Positions 47,018 through 58,265 of a stretch of 64,000 nucleotides of DNA are shown in pieces (positions within the stretch are counted from its first letter, which is position 1; every line of letters starts with the position of its first letter). Where the stretch lies: contig JBBRPE010000002.1 of NCBI GenBank assembly GCA_038228545.1, positions 22,426 through 86,425 on the forward strand, in the 5' to 3' direction. The DNA comes from Minisyncoccia bacterium. Its GTDB lineage: Bacteria; Patescibacteriota; Minisyncoccia; Phycocordibacterales; Phycocordibacteraceae. A model generated the notes under the pieces. It had not been told where the DNA came from. It saw only the letters and a list, made by a program, of their open reading frames with translations, and ran no database searches. Both the position numbers and the translations under genes were made by a program.

Positions 47018-48109
47018 TTATCTGCAGAACGGGTTAACGCCCTTATGAACTTCAAAATGAAGGTGATTTCCGGTAGCTTTTCCGGTCTCCCCAACGTACC
47101 CGATAATGGTACCTTTATTCACTTCTTCTCCGACTTCAGCCCCCACCTTCGACATATGAGCATAGAGTGTTTGTTCGCCATTCGGATGATTGATGACGAC
47201 GTAGTAGCCCCAACCGTGACCCCATGTATCAGTGTCATTAGCAATAATGACTGAACCACCAAGAGCAGCATAAATAGGTGTTCCTGAAGGAGCGCCAATA
47301 TCTATACCATTGTTATCGTGAATACCTTGCGTACAGCGACCAGCCGGGAGGGGATTCCCTAGACTTGTTGAAAGTGTAGCCGTACCTGCATTCTTCGAGG
47401 AAGTTGAGCTACGCGACGTGGTGGTCTTCGTGGGAGCAGAAACAGCAGGCTCTCCGTCGGGAATCAGGATAGAGTCGCCGACAATAAGGCCCTGTCCCTC
47501 ATCAATACCATTATAGGTAAGAATATCCTGTGCATTACCGCTGTACTTCTTAGCAAGTGACGCTACCGTGTCGCCCTTTCGAACAGTGTACTGAATACCG
47601 GTGATAGGAAGGATTTCGAGCTTCATTCCTGGCTTAAGTAAACTCTTCGCAGTCAAATTATTAGCCCAGCGGACCGTATTTATGGAAATGCCGTTCTTAG
47701 CTGCGATTGAGGAAAGCGTGTCACCATCGACCACCGTATAGGTGGTGATGAAAGCGTCTGGCGTCGATGATTTGGGTCCGTCAGCGAGCGTACCGTCCGG
47801 CCCTGCATTAGCCAAAAGAGCTGACCCTTCTGTTACAGGAATACCACTATCGCCCTTTTCCGGGTTCGGGTCCGGATTTGTGGCCGCTTCAAGAAGTGCC
47901 AAACTGCTGTCGTGCACCATAGGAGGGTCTCCGGCGGTATTGTCCGCATGAGCGATAGGCGAAAGAGGCCAGAATGCTCTGGTAGCGATAGGTACGAAAA
48001 GGAGAGAACCTCCCGCAAGGGTAGCCGCGACCGTAGTGACGATAGCGAGCCGATATGCATTCCGATTCAGAGCACGCTTCTTGGAATCGGAAGATAAATT
48101 GAAAGACAA
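47018..48109 (-). CDS. LysM x2 + M23 peptidase
   Basis: YTVVDGDTL and YTVRKGDT LysM; HxxxxD, YAH, HLHFE. Confidence 0.92.
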   Translation of the reverse strand: MSFNLSSDSKKRALNRNAYRLAIVTTVAATLAGGSLLFVPIATRAFWPLSPIAHADNTAGDPPMVHDSSLALLEAATNPDPNPEKGDSGIPVTEGSALLANAGPDGTLADGPKSSTPDAFITTYTVVDGDTLSSIAAKNGISINTVRWANNLTAKSLLKPGMKLEILPITGIQYTVRKGDTVASLAKKYSGNAQDILTYNGIDEGQGLIVGDSILIPDGEPAVSAPTKTTTSRSSTSSKNAGTATLSTSLGNPLPAGRCTQGIHDNNGIDIGAPSGTPIYAALGGSVIIANDTDTWGHGWGYYVVINHPNGEQTLYAHMSKVGAEVGEEVNKGTIIGYVGETGKATGNHLHFEVHKGVNPFCR

Positions 48110-48346
48110 AATAGGGAAGCAGAGGGCGATTCAGACAATCTTCAGAATACAAAAATGGCCTACATAAGCCATCTCTTGAGTTTCAGGGTATCAAGTGACC
48201 TGGCCAGTATACCCCGGCCACAGGGCCGGTCAACGCGTAAAAACAGCACCTGTTGAGAGCATGAAGTTTGGCTGAAGTGTCAATTATGTGTCGTAATATA
48301 TGGCGAAAATAGCATGCTCAGAGCGTCGCGCGGTATAGTGGGAGCA

Positions 48347-50272
48347 ATGCAGTACCTCGATGGTCTCAACGAACAGCAGAAGGAAGCAGTCCTTACCACT
48401 CTGGGGCCGATTTCGGTCTTGGCAGGCGCGGGTTCAGGCAAAACTCGGGTTCTTACTACCCGTATTCTCCATCTTATTCGCGAAGGGACTCCGCCAGAGA
48501 AGATTCTTGCCGTCACCTTTACCAACAAGGCGGCGCGTGAAATGAAAGAGCGCCTTGCACTCTTGCTTGGCGATGGATCGCTCCCGTTTGTGGCGACTTT
48601 TCATGGACTTGGGCGAGAATTGCTTCAGCAGTATGGGCGGGCAGTGGGCGTACCGCGGTATTTCAGCGTCTACGACCGTGATGACTCTGAGCGTGCAATA
48701 AAGGAAGCGCTTAAGGAAATGGACATCGACCCAAAAGAAGTTCCAGCTCGAGCTATTCTCTCTCGCATAAGTAAGGCGAAAGGAGAAGGCATGACTGCAG
48801 AAGACTTCCGAAAGCGTCACGGTGGCGAGGGTTTTCGTTCGCGTATTGCTTCTGAAGTCTGGTTTAAATACGACGCGACACTCCTAAAGGAAAAGGCTCT
48901 CGATTTCGACGACCTTATTACGAAGCCCGTACAACTTCTTGAAGAGCATGCGGACGCACGTGAGCTCGTACAAAATCGTTTCTCGTATGTGCACGTTGAT
49001 GAGTATCAAGACACCAACGAGCTACAAGGACGCCTTTCAAACATACTTGCCCAAAAGCATCGAAATCTTTTTGTTGTCGGTGATATTGATCAGACTATAT
49101 ACACGTGGCGTGGCGCAACTATAGATAATCTTCTCTCGTTCGATGTAACCTACCCGGAAGCAAAGACCATAGTCCTTGAGCACAACTATCGTTCAACCAA
49201 AACAATTGTTGCCGCGAGTAATGCAATCATTGAGAAGAACAGAAACAGAAAAGAGAAGCGCGCCGTGACCGACAATCCCGATGGCTCACCCATACGTCTG
49301 CATGTTTCAGACACTGCGGAAGAGGAGGCACGGTACATTGCACGCGAAGCTATGCAGTTCATTCGTACCGGACTCGAGCCTGAAGAAATCGCCGTGTTGT
49401 ACCGAACTAATTTCCAATCGCGTGTGCTGGAAGAAGCGTTCCTGTCCTATGGTGTGCCGTATAAGCTCTTAGGTACGCGCTTTCTAGACAGAAAAGAAGT
49501 GAAGGATGTGCTCTCGTGGGTTAGACTCGCGCTTGAGCCGTCGCGTGAGAGCGACCGCGTGCGAGCAGTACAAGCACCACCGCGCGGTATAGGAAAAGTT
49601 ACGGTTGCAAAAATGGCAGCAGGGAAAATTGATGGCCTCGCTCCCGCAGTCCGCGCAAAAGTTGATGCCTTTGAATCTCTCGTACAGACACTGCATGAAG
49701 AAAGTAAGTCAGCAGCGCCGTCGGCATTCGTACGACGCGTCATTCAACTTTCAGGACTTGAGGACACCCTTGCGAAGGGAGGGGAAGACGACCATGAGCG
49801 ACTGGAAAATGCGAAAGAGCTCGCAACGCTTGCCAGTCGTTATGATGCGACACCGGGCGAAGAGGGAATCGCAGCGTTCCTTGCCGAAACTGCTCTTGCC
49901 GGAGACCAAGATGAACTCGACCGGCCACAAACAAACGATAAAGGAAATAAAAAAGGCGTAACACTCATGACGGTGCATGCCGCAAAAGGACTCGAGTTCG
50001 AGGCAGTGTTTGTTACTGGACTGGAGGAAGGATTATTCCCGCACGAAGGTATGAACCAGGACGAAGAACGAGACGAGGAAGAAGAGCGCCGACTTTTTTA
50101 TGTCGCTATGACACGCGCCAAACAACATTTGATACTAACCATGGCGCGTGTACGACGAATCTACGGCACTGATTATATGTCCGAGCCGTCGTCGTTCCTC
50201 CATGATATTGATGCGGGCCTCATGCAGGTGAACTACGGGGAAGAGGAGCACGAGGAAACTATCCATATATAG
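48347..50272 (+). CDS. pcrA: UvrD/PcrA DNA helicase
   Basis: AGAGSGKT, VDEYQDTN, NYRS, HAAKGLEF, YVAMTRA. Confidence 0.95.
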   Translation: MQYLDGLNEQQKEAVLTTLGPISVLAGAGSGKTRVLTTRILHLIREGTPPEKILAVTFTNKAAREMKERLALLLGDGSLPFVATFHGLGRELLQQYGRAVGVPRYFSVYDRDDSERAIKEALKEMDIDPKEVPARAILSRISKAKGEGMTAEDFRKRHGGEGFRSRIASEVWFKYDATLLKEKALDFDDLITKPVQLLEEHADARELVQNRFSYVHVDEYQDTNELQGRLSNILAQKHRNLFVVGDIDQTIYTWRGATIDNLLSFDVTYPEAKTIVLEHNYRSTKTIVAASNAIIEKNRNRKEKRAVTDNPDGSPIRLHVSDTAEEEARYIAREAMQFIRTGLEPEEIAVLYRTNFQSRVLEEAFLSYGVPYKLLGTRFLDRKEVKDVLSWVRLALEPSRESDRVRAVQAPPRGIGKVTVAKMAAGKIDGLAPAVRAKVDAFESLVQTLHEESKSAAPSAFVRRVIQLSGLEDTLAKGGEDDHERLENAKELATLASRYDATPGEEGIAAFLAETALAGDQDELDRPQTNDKGNKKGVTLMTVHAAKGLEFEAVFVTGLEEGLFPHEGMNQDEERDEEEERRLFYVAMTRAKQHLILTMARVRRIYGTDYMSEPSSFLHDIDAGLMQVNYGEEEHEETIHI

Positions 50273-50274
50273 GT

Positions 50275-51045
50275 ATGCGCGCAAAACAATCACTCGGGCA
50301 GAACTTCCTTATGCACCAGGCGACCGCTGACCGCATTGCGGACGCCGCTGGGCTTACCGAGAAGTCGGTTGTTCTCGAGATAGGCCCGGGAACCGGCATG
50401 CTTACGCGTTCTCTTCTGGAGCGAGCAAGGAAGGTATACGCCGTGGAAACGGACAGCGAACTTCTTCCACAGCTCGAGGAAACATTTACAGTCGAAATAA
50501 CTGCAGGAAAACTCCGTCTCGCGAATGGAGATATACGCACCTACGACCTGTCTAGAATGCCAAAGGGCTACACGGTAGTGGCCAATATTCCGTATTACAT
50601 AACGGGAGAAATCATACGAACCGTGCTTTCGGCAAAGAATAAGCCGTCATCGGTGACGTTTTTAGTGCAAAAAGAGGTCGCAACGCGCATAGTGCGGAGT
50701 CCAAAAGAAAGCCTTTTGTCGCTCTCGGTGAAGATTTATGGCACCCCGAGCTACAAATTTACCGTTCCGAAAGGGGCTTTTCGCCCCGCACCGAAAGTAG
50801 ATTCGGCAGTTCTTCATATTGCGGCCATCGCCGCTCCATTCAAGACACCCAAGCAGGAGCAACGTTTTTTTCAAGTACTACATGCTGGTTTCGCCCATAA
50901 AAGAAAACGATTAGCTAAAAACTTGGAAGATATCGCACAGACTGGGGCAATTACACAGGCATTTGGCGAGCTTGGGCTTGATACGAATGCGCGAGCAGAA
51001 GACGTTTCGCTGCCTGACTGGAAAAAACTTTCAATAACACTTTGA
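50275..51045 (+). CDS. rsmA: 16S rRNA dimethyladenosine transferase
   Basis: LGQNFL, EIGPGTG, NIPYYIT, PAPKVDS. Confidence 0.95.
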   Translation: MRAKQSLGQNFLMHQATADRIADAAGLTEKSVVLEIGPGTGMLTRSLLERARKVYAVETDSELLPQLEETFTVEITAGKLRLANGDIRTYDLSRMPKGYTVVANIPYYITGEIIRTVLSAKNKPSSVTFLVQKEVATRIVRSPKESLLSLSVKIYGTPSYKFTVPKGAFRPAPKVDSAVLHIAAIAAPFKTPKQEQRFFQVLHAGFAHKRKRLAKNLEDIAQTGAITQAFGELGLDTNARAEDVSLPDWKKLSITL

Positions 51046-51133
51046 CGACGCTTCGGAGTCATACACAATGCACACGTAAGCGTGTGTTTTTCCTATGAAA
51101 TAAAGCCTGCGTGCTACTATTTCAGTACGTACC

Positions 51134-52138
51134 GTGACTTATTCTACCCGCACCACTTTAATAGCTATCGCATCTTTTGCAGCGCTCTTTTTTATTGTCG
51201 TGGCCGTCCTTATTTCAGGACCTCTTCCATTTCATCTGAACGCAGCGAACGCAGAATCCACGCACGAGTTGCTTGTTTCGTATGCGGCCAAAGATTCCGA
51301 CAGTGATGGACTTCCGGATTGGGAAGAGGCACTCTATGGCACTGATCCAAACAATCCTCATTCGGTGAATGCAGACGTAACGGACGGACAGGCAGTTGCT
51401 CAGGGTCTCGTGAAGCCTAAATTCTCAACAGCAACGACAACCCCGGTCGACGCAAGTTCAATTCCTGGTGCGGCAGTTGGACCCCAGACGGTGACCGACC
51501 AATTCGCACGGACACTTTTCTCCGATTATCTTTCGAGTCACGGAAGTACTCAACCAACGCCTGAGGAAATTGCGACCTTCGTAGAAAGAAAGCTCTCTAC
51601 GCTCAAGGCGGACCAGCAGGTTGCTACCGCATTTAATGTGGGTCAGGTGCGTGTAGCCGGGACTGGCAGCGATGCTCTGCTTGCATACGCAGCAAGTGTT
51701 GAGCAGCTCTACCTTCGCTACCAAACAAACGACACCGAAAACGAGATAGAGTACCTATCTGACGCATCAACGAAGAGCGACCCGAAAGCACTCGTACGAA
51801 TTGCAGTAATAGGGAAGGCTTACACATCAATCGGGCAGGGACTTATGAAGCTTTCGGTTCCAAAGGAACTGGCGACGGCGCATCTTCAGCTTGCAAATTC
51901 CATGGTTCGTTTGGGAGGACTGATTACCGACATGTCGTATCTTGATGCAGATCCATTCCGTGCAGTGCTCGCGTTCCAGCAATACCAGGATGCGAGCACT
52001 GCCATGTATCAGGCGTTGAGTTATTTGAACAACAGCTACAGCGCGGAAGGTGTCACGATTAATCAGAACGTCCCCGGCTCGCGTTTCTACGCGACGATGG
52101 TTCTTGGAAGCAGTGTGGTCGCGAAACCGCAACAATAA
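51134..52138 (+). CDS. Membrane-anchored protein with Ca-binding TSP3-like motif
   Basis: N-terminal TM; DSDSDGLPDWEE..YGTDP. Confidence 0.7.
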   Translation: MTYSTRTTLIAIASFAALFFIVVAVLISGPLPFHLNAANAESTHELLVSYAAKDSDSDGLPDWEEALYGTDPNNPHSVNADVTDGQAVAQGLVKPKFSTATTTPVDASSIPGAAVGPQTVTDQFARTLFSDYLSSHGSTQPTPEEIATFVERKLSTLKADQQVATAFNVGQVRVAGTGSDALLAYAASVEQLYLRYQTNDTENEIEYLSDASTKSDPKALVRIAVIGKAYTSIGQGLMKLSVPKELATAHLQLANSMVRLGGLITDMSYLDADPFRAVLAFQQYQDASTAMYQALSYLNNSYSAEGVTINQNVPGSRFYATMVLGSSVVAKPQQ

Positions 52139-52142
52139 TTCT

Positions 52143-53648
52143 ATGAAACGAACCCTATCGGAATTCACAGTTTCTCTTGCACGAGTGGTTGCTGTTGCGC
52201 TCACAGTTGTACTCTTTCTTCTTCCTGCTGCTCCACTAGCTCGTGCGGCAGACTGGAACAGTCCACTTCAGGTTAGTGCGGCTGGGCACTCTTCCGTTGC
52301 CAACGGTCTTACTTCGATAACACAAATAAAGGTCTTTTCGAATCCAATTTTCTATCACATAGCGCAGGCTGCCATACAATCGATGGTTCGTAGCACGGTC
52401 ACCTGGATTAATAGTGGATTCCAAGGTTCTCCTGCCTACGCAACCGATTTAAAAGCAACGCTCCAAGATGCAGCTGATCAAGAAGCAGAACGATACCTCA
52501 CTACACTCCTTGATAGTTCGGCTATTAATTCTCCGTTCCGAGATCCGGTCGCACGGGAGGTGCTTGCGGCTTACTACGTAGCAACGAGTCGTGATGGGTT
52601 CACCATTCAAAATCCATATACGCTCAACCAGGTGAGTCCGAATGATGCAGCTTTTCAACGAGGAGATTTTTCGCAAGGAGGTTTTCCTGCATGGCTTTCC
52701 GAAACAATAAACCCATCGAATAATTGGTTCGGTGCTGAGCAACTTCAGAAGGCGGCCCTCGATAGTCGTATCGGCCAAACGGTAGGGCAAATAAATTCAG
52801 AGCTTGCGCAAGGAAATGGATTCTTTTCGTATCGTAAGTGCGATAAACAGGTCACTACTCTAGAAGGGAGCGGCACCACTGTACAGACCATTAATGGTGC
52901 GCAGGTCGACCTCACTCCACGCCAGACCTGTCTTAACAGTCGCATAGAGACGCCGGGTTCGGTCATAGCAAACTCTCTTAATAAGTCCCTGGGGCTCGGT
53001 GCCGACTCGCTTGTGCAGGCAAAAGAATTTGATGAAATAGTAAACGCCCTGATGGGACAGCTTCTGCAAAACGTTATCGGATCAAATGGTCTAGGAGGTG
53101 TATCGCGTAGCTCCACAGCAACCGCTGGACGAGCATACTTCGACCAAACGACGACTTCTTCGTCAGCAACAACATCTGCCTCAGTTTCCCTCGTTACGTC
53201 ATTCCTCCAAGTAGTTTCTACACAGTCTACCCAGCTCCAAACCTATCTAACAAGCTGGCAGACTATAAACTCTGCTGCACAAGCTGCAAAGACAGCGCTC
53301 CAGCAAAGTACCTGCCTCCCGAACGCAAGCGCACTCATTACTACGCAGGTAGACCCGGTCATCATTCAAGCGTCGACGGTGAGCGGCTCGATTCCTCCGC
53401 TCCTAGCACAGCTCGATACAATTAATACCAACGCACTTGATGCTTCAACCCAAACAAGCACCGAGCGGTCAACAACACTCAGTACAGCTTCTACTGACTA
53501 CCAGACTGTGACGTCCTCGACTAATTTCCCGTCAGCAAGCGATTTCACCTTTGCAGCACAGCAGTCCCAAGACTCAGGAACTACGTCTCCACCTTCACTA
53601 CTTACGCAAATGAATCAACTTACCGCTCAAGCAAGGTGCGGACAATAG
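52143..53648 (+). CDS. Secreted T4SS-locus protein
   Basis: Signal peptide; WINSGFQGSP and C..ETPG motifs; in operon with the VirB6-like gene. Confidence 0.65.
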   Translation: MKRTLSEFTVSLARVVAVALTVVLFLLPAAPLARAADWNSPLQVSAAGHSSVANGLTSITQIKVFSNPIFYHIAQAAIQSMVRSTVTWINSGFQGSPAYATDLKATLQDAADQEAERYLTTLLDSSAINSPFRDPVAREVLAAYYVATSRDGFTIQNPYTLNQVSPNDAAFQRGDFSQGGFPAWLSETINPSNNWFGAEQLQKAALDSRIGQTVGQINSELAQGNGFFSYRKCDKQVTTLEGSGTTVQTINGAQVDLTPRQTCLNSRIETPGSVIANSLNKSLGLGADSLVQAKEFDEIVNALMGQLLQNVIGSNGLGGVSRSSTATAGRAYFDQTTTSSSATTSASVSLVTSFLQVVSTQSTQLQTYLTSWQTINSAAQAAKTALQQSTCLPNASALITTQVDPVIIQASTVSGSIPPLLAQLDTINTNALDASTQTSTERSTTLSTASTDYQTVTSSTNFPSASDFTFAAQQSQDSGTTSPPSLLTQMNQLTAQARCGQ

Positions 53649-53653
53649 ACTCT

Positions 53654-56329
53654 ATGGTGTACGTTCCACAAAAGGGGGAGCTCGTGTGCAGGAGCTGGAA
53701 GTTGTTTTTTGGTGCTGTTTTCACACTTTTTCTCCTATCAATCGCTCCATCTCTCGTTCATGCAAGTACTGCGTATGATACGGCTCACCAAGCTTCGATT
53801 GCGGCGGCGGCGGCGGCTACTGCAGCAGACACAAAATTTAATAACGATGGTCTGCTTACGAGTGCAGCGACCACAGATCAGGACGCGGTAAGTGCATCGC
53901 GTGCCCAAGCGCAATACGCTGCCGCTCTCTCGAGAGAGGCAAGCGCTGCTGCAGCTGATGCTCAAGCTGCTAACGGTACGCCCGCAGCAACTACGGCATA
54001 CAACAATGCAAACGCAGCAACACAAGCCATCTCGCCGATTGTCAATACAGTTAACGGATATCTTACTGGTAATAAACTTGTCGGTTCTCCAGCTCAAGTT
54101 GCACCTATTGCCGCAAGCATCCAGGCAGATAAGGCAAGCATACAGTCGTCCTTGGCAAGCGCAAACACTTATTTAGCTTCTGCTGCAACCTCAGCAAACA
54201 ACAGCGCTGCTGCAGCTACCGCGACAGCAACAGCAGCTTCTGCAACAACTGCTGCAACACAGACAAACACCGCTGCGGCACAGACCGCTGCAAATCCGGA
54301 GCCTAATGCGTGTAATATCGGCATTCTTGGGGGAGGGAACTTATGGGCTTGTATTCAGGGCGTAATATACGGCTTTATAAAGCTCATTGCGCTCTTTTTC
54401 CTCTCGCTCTCAACCTTCTTTCTTGGTATTGTCGGTCTCCTGTTCAATTGGACTATTTATATCACCGTCTTCCAGTTCGGAAATTTAATAGGTAACAACC
54501 CAGGCATGCTTGCTGCATGGGGTGTGCTCCGGGATGTTGGAAATATTCTACTTCTGTTTGGATTCATATTCATGGGGGTTAGTACCATTTTGAACTTACC
54601 GGGGAGCGAGTTCACTGCTCGTCGAGCATTGCCAACTCTCATAATTTTCGCGATTTTAATGAATTTCAGTCTGTTTGCGGCTGAGGTAATTATCGACACA
54701 AGTAATGCTCTTGGTAGTACGTTTTACCGACAGGCAGGTACCGGCCTCTGTACAAGTGATGCGGTTACTGACCTACTACGTTGTGCGACAGAATACGGTG
54801 TTGCGGGAGCAGTTATGCAGCTAAGTGGTATCACGTCTATTTTTAGTTTTGATGGAGGCGCCCACTTCTTGGCCGCAAACGACATGGGCTATGCGATAGC
54901 ACTCATTGGTCTTACTATATTCGCGTTTACTCTTGCCTTTGTCCTTCTTGCTGCAGTATTTATGCTGGCAACACGAGCGGTCACACTCGCTTTCCTTATG
55001 GCGGTTTCACCAATAGGCTTCGCTGGCATGGCAGTGCCATTCCTACATAAGTTTGCGAAGATGTGGTGGGAACAACTTTTAAAACAAGCATTCTTTGCCC
55101 CAATTTACTTACTTTTAGTTCTGGTGAGTGTGAAGTTTATGGATGGCGTACGTACAGCACTCGGTGATAGTAACCAGACCCTTTTAGCAGCCTTTAGTGG
55201 TGGTGGTGTCTCAAACTTAAGTATGGTGGTTTTATTTGTTCTGTTGGTTGGTTTCCTACTTGCGGCGACGCAATCTGCAAAAGATATGAGTGCCATAGGC
55301 TCAAGTACGGCAACTAAGTTTGCGGGTGCGGCCACGTTCGGGACGATTGGATTTGTTTCTAGGCGTACGGTGGGCGCAGCAGCAAGTCATGCTTCTCGTG
55401 CAATACGCAGTTCACCAATCGGTACGACCGAGTTTGGTCGCTCGCTTGCAGGTGTTGCCGATAAGGGAGCACGGGCAAGCTTCGACTTTCGTACTACAGC
55501 AGGCGGCAAGGCACTTGCAGGTCGCACTGGCGACCTTGGTAAGCCAAGTAAGGCCGCTTCGCATGGTATGCACGGTATAGAAGAGAAGGCTGAGAAGGAG
55601 CGTGTTGACTATGCTAAGAGTCTTAAAGATGTAAAAGCCAAGAAGGACGGCGAACGCACGGAATCGGACCAGGAATTTGATACCCGTCGCCAAAAGGAGG
55701 CAGAGAACAGCGAGAAAACAATTGAGGAGGCAACTGCAGCGTCTGAGCTCGTCGATAAGGCTACTGAGGGCCTAAACACAGCAAAAGATGAGCTCAACGG
55801 CACCGAGGAACGTGTCGCCGTGCTTCGTGCTCAGGCTGCAGATAAGCCTGGGGACGCGAGTATCCAGCGCCAGCTTTTGGAGGAAGAACGCATACTTAAG
55901 TCACGGGAGGCACTTGCCGGAAATGCCGAGCTGAAACATAAGGAGGCTCTTGAGAAGCTTACCGCAGCTGAGAAAGCTAGGGCAGAAGCAGAGAAAGTTA
56001 AAACCGAAGGAGCGGAAAAGAAAGTGCTTACCTTTAAAAAGGGAGATGTTTTAGATTCTAAGAAGCAACGACAAGAAAAATACGGACATAACCTTGAGCG
56101 TGAGACGTTCCTGAATGCTCCAATAATTAAAAACTTTACGGCGACAGGTATAGCAAACGCAGACGCCGCGCACCATATAATTCACAACGCTGGTAGGACT
56201 AAACTGGAAGAATCGTTGGATAACCTTAAAAAATCAGTTGAGGAAGGGACTGAAAAGGTCACTGAGGAGGTGCATGCGAACGATCAGAAGCCTGCTGGAA
56301 ATAAAGCTCCTGCAGATGCACATCATTAA
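53654..56329 (+). CDS. VirB6/TrbL-like polytopic membrane protein
   Basis: WGVLRDVGN, LMNFSLF..IID, SPIGF...WW motifs; Ala-rich N-terminus and coiled-coil C-terminus. Confidence 0.72.
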   Translation: MVYVPQKGELVCRSWKLFFGAVFTLFLLSIAPSLVHASTAYDTAHQASIAAAAAATAADTKFNNDGLLTSAATTDQDAVSASRAQAQYAAALSREASAAAADAQAANGTPAATTAYNNANAATQAISPIVNTVNGYLTGNKLVGSPAQVAPIAASIQADKASIQSSLASANTYLASAATSANNSAAAATATATAASATTAATQTNTAAAQTAANPEPNACNIGILGGGNLWACIQGVIYGFIKLIALFFLSLSTFFLGIVGLLFNWTIYITVFQFGNLIGNNPGMLAAWGVLRDVGNILLLFGFIFMGVSTILNLPGSEFTARRALPTLIIFAILMNFSLFAAEVIIDTSNALGSTFYRQAGTGLCTSDAVTDLLRCATEYGVAGAVMQLSGITSIFSFDGGAHFLAANDMGYAIALIGLTIFAFTLAFVLLAAVFMLATRAVTLAFLMAVSPIGFAGMAVPFLHKFAKMWWEQLLKQAFFAPIYLLLVLVSVKFMDGVRTALGDSNQTLLAAFSGGGVSNLSMVVLFVLLVGFLLAATQSAKDMSAIGSSTATKFAGAATFGTIGFVSRRTVGAAASHASRAIRSSPIGTTEFGRSLAGVADKGARASFDFRTTAGGKALAGRTGDLGKPSKAASHGMHGIEEKAEKERVDYAKSLKDVKAKKDGERTESDQEFDTRRQKEAENSEKTIEEATAASELVDKATEGLNTAKDELNGTEERVAVLRAQAADKPGDASIQRQLLEEERILKSREALAGNAELKHKEALEKLTAAEKARAEAEKVKTEGAEKKVLTFKKGDVLDSKKQRQEKYGHNLERETFLNAPIIKNFTATGIANADAAHHIIHNAGRTKLEESLDNLKKSVEEGTEKVTEEVHANDQKPAGNKAPADAHH

Positions 56330-56334
56330 CGTCT

Positions 56335-57159
56335 ATGGACCCTCGAACACTACCTTCGGACGACCAGCAACTTGAGAACGCAATGGCGTATCTGCTCAAC
56401 ACGCTACCAAAACCCTTACAAGATTTTCTTTTGAGTGATGAGCGTAATCAGATTGCTCTCTCGCTCTCTCAAAAATATGGTCTGCATGTCGACCAGGCAG
56501 GGGAGTTTGAGCGTGGTTTCCTCTATCTACTTATGGGTTCCATCACCCCGGGAGAATTCGCCAGCATGCTTGAGACCGCCGGCATTTCTAAAGAGAGCAC
56601 TATGGGGCTTATGGCAGACGTAAATGAGCAAGTCTTTAAGCGCTTGCGTGATGCTGAAAAATTACAGCAACATTCTGCTGTATCGGCACCTGACATACAA
56701 CGATCTAACGCAGTCGATGCTATCCTTGCCGCTCCGGCACCGATTGCACCTCCCGCTCCAGTACCACTTATTCCTGCCGCTGAGCTGGTCACTCCTCAGC
56801 CCGCTACCACAGCTCCTCTGTATGCTACTCCGACAGTGCCTCAGCGGGTAACGCTCCCGACACCAACACCAGTTTATACTCCTCAAGCAGCGACGGTTCC
56901 TGCCTACAGCGAACATTCTTCTATGCGTACCATGGCAACCGATATGCAGGCTGTGAAAGAAAACCGTCCAGCGATGCCTGTCTTCGAGCAGGTCGCAGTT
57001 ACTCAGGTTGCGAGCACGACTGTTACTACAGCACCGATACCCGTCGCACAGCCAGTGATGGAAACATCAGGAAAGACCGCTCCTGCTCCTGTAAATCTTC
57101 CTGGTGCTCCGATGATTAAGCAGTACGGTGTTGACCCATACCGAGAAGCTATCCAATAG
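56335..57159 (+). CDS. Hypothetical protein with Pro-rich tail
   Basis: Helical N-terminal domain; C-terminal DPYRE motif; precedes prgI. Confidence 0.7.
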   Translation: MDPRTLPSDDQQLENAMAYLLNTLPKPLQDFLLSDERNQIALSLSQKYGLHVDQAGEFERGFLYLLMGSITPGEFASMLETAGISKESTMGLMADVNEQVFKRLRDAEKLQQHSAVSAPDIQRSNAVDAILAAPAPIAPPAPVPLIPAAELVTPQPATTAPLYATPTVPQRVTLPTPTPVYTPQAATVPAYSEHSSMRTMATDMQAVKENRPAMPVFEQVAVTQVASTTVTTAPIPVAQPVMETSGKTAPAPVNLPGAPMIKQYGVDPYREAIQ

Positions 57160-57191
57160 AAACTCGATGTCAGTCGGTTATACTGATAGCA

Positions 57192-57605
57192 ATGGAGTAT
57201 CAGGTACCGCAGTTCATCGAGGTTGAAGACAAGATATTCGGCCCCTTCACACTCAAGCAATTTATATATATTGCGGGTGGTGTTGGAGTATCCGTTGCTA
57301 TCTTTCTGTACACCCCTCTTTTCATTGCCGTCCTTCTCATTATCCCGATTGCAGCTCTTACTGCGGCGCTGGCGTTTTACAAAATAAACAACAAGACTTT
57401 TATCGAAGTACTTGAAGCGGGATTCAATTACTACACGAAAGGGAGACTCTACCTTTGGCACAAAGATACGTCTGAGCGCTCGCAAACACCCGCCGCTCCG
57501 GCTCCTATAGTAGTGACACGCCAGAAACTCGGCCTTACGCAGGGAAAGTTGCAGGAGCTCGCATGGTCGCTCGATATCAAGGACCAGAACCAGCCTCCCG
57601 TATAA
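57192..57605 (+). CDS. PrgI family (VirB3-like) protein
   Basis: VPQFIEVEDKIFGPFTLKQF followed by two TMs. Confidence 0.88.
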   Translation: MEYQVPQFIEVEDKIFGPFTLKQFIYIAGGVGVSVAIFLYTPLFIAVLLIIPIAALTAALAFYKINNKTFIEVLEAGFNYYTKGRLYLWHKDTSERSQTPAAPAPIVVTRQKLGLTQGKLQELAWSLDIKDQNQPPV

Positions 57606-57608
57606 CGT

Positions 57609-58262
57609 ATGGCACTACCACAAGCAACTCAGGATTTTGTACCAGTTCGGGAAGTGCGCAATGGCGTCATTATTCTTAAGGACGATGGCTACCGCGCTGT
57701 AATGATGTGTTCATCACTCAATTTCTCTTTGAAATCAGAAGACGAACAGGCGGCAATCGTCGGAGGCTTCCAGTCTTTCCTTAATACGCTCGATTTTTCG
57801 GTGGAGATAGTGGTGCATTCCCGAAAAATGGACATCCGTCCGTATCTAACTCTTTTGGAGCAGCGCATCGATTTACAGCAGAGTGAGCTCATGCGTATTC
57901 AGTTACGAGAGTATATCCAATTCGTTCGGGGGTTTATGGATTCTGCCGAGATAATGACAAAACTTTTCTATGTCGTTGTTCCGTACACACCAGCAATAGC
58001 ATTACAACTTTCCAAGGCACTTCCTTTTACAGGGAAGAAACACCCTGAGGCCAAGGGTGGTATCGTCGACAACTTCGAGGAGGACCGTATACAACTTGAG
58101 CAACGTATGTCACTTGTTGCGGCGGGACTTCAGTCAGCCGGTATACGCGCAGTCCCACTGACAACTGAAGAAACTATCGAACTGCTGTACCGCTCCTTTA
58201 ATATTGGCCAGATTGAAAGCCCTATCCATCTTGATGGTGGCGCACCTTCCGCGCGTACATAA
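57609..58262 (+). CDS. TraC/VirB4 N-terminal-like protein
   Basis: NFSLKSEDEQ..FQSFLNTLDF; lies between prgI and the ATPase. Confidence 0.75.
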   Translation: MALPQATQDFVPVREVRNGVIILKDDGYRAVMMCSSLNFSLKSEDEQAAIVGGFQSFLNTLDFSVEIVVHSRKMDIRPYLTLLEQRIDLQQSELMRIQLREYIQFVRGFMDSAEIMTKLFYVVVPYTPAIALQLSKALPFTGKKHPEAKGGIVDNFEEDRIQLEQRMSLVAAGLQSAGIRAVPLTTEETIELLYRSFNIGQIESPIHLDGGAPSART

Positions 58263-58265
58263 CAT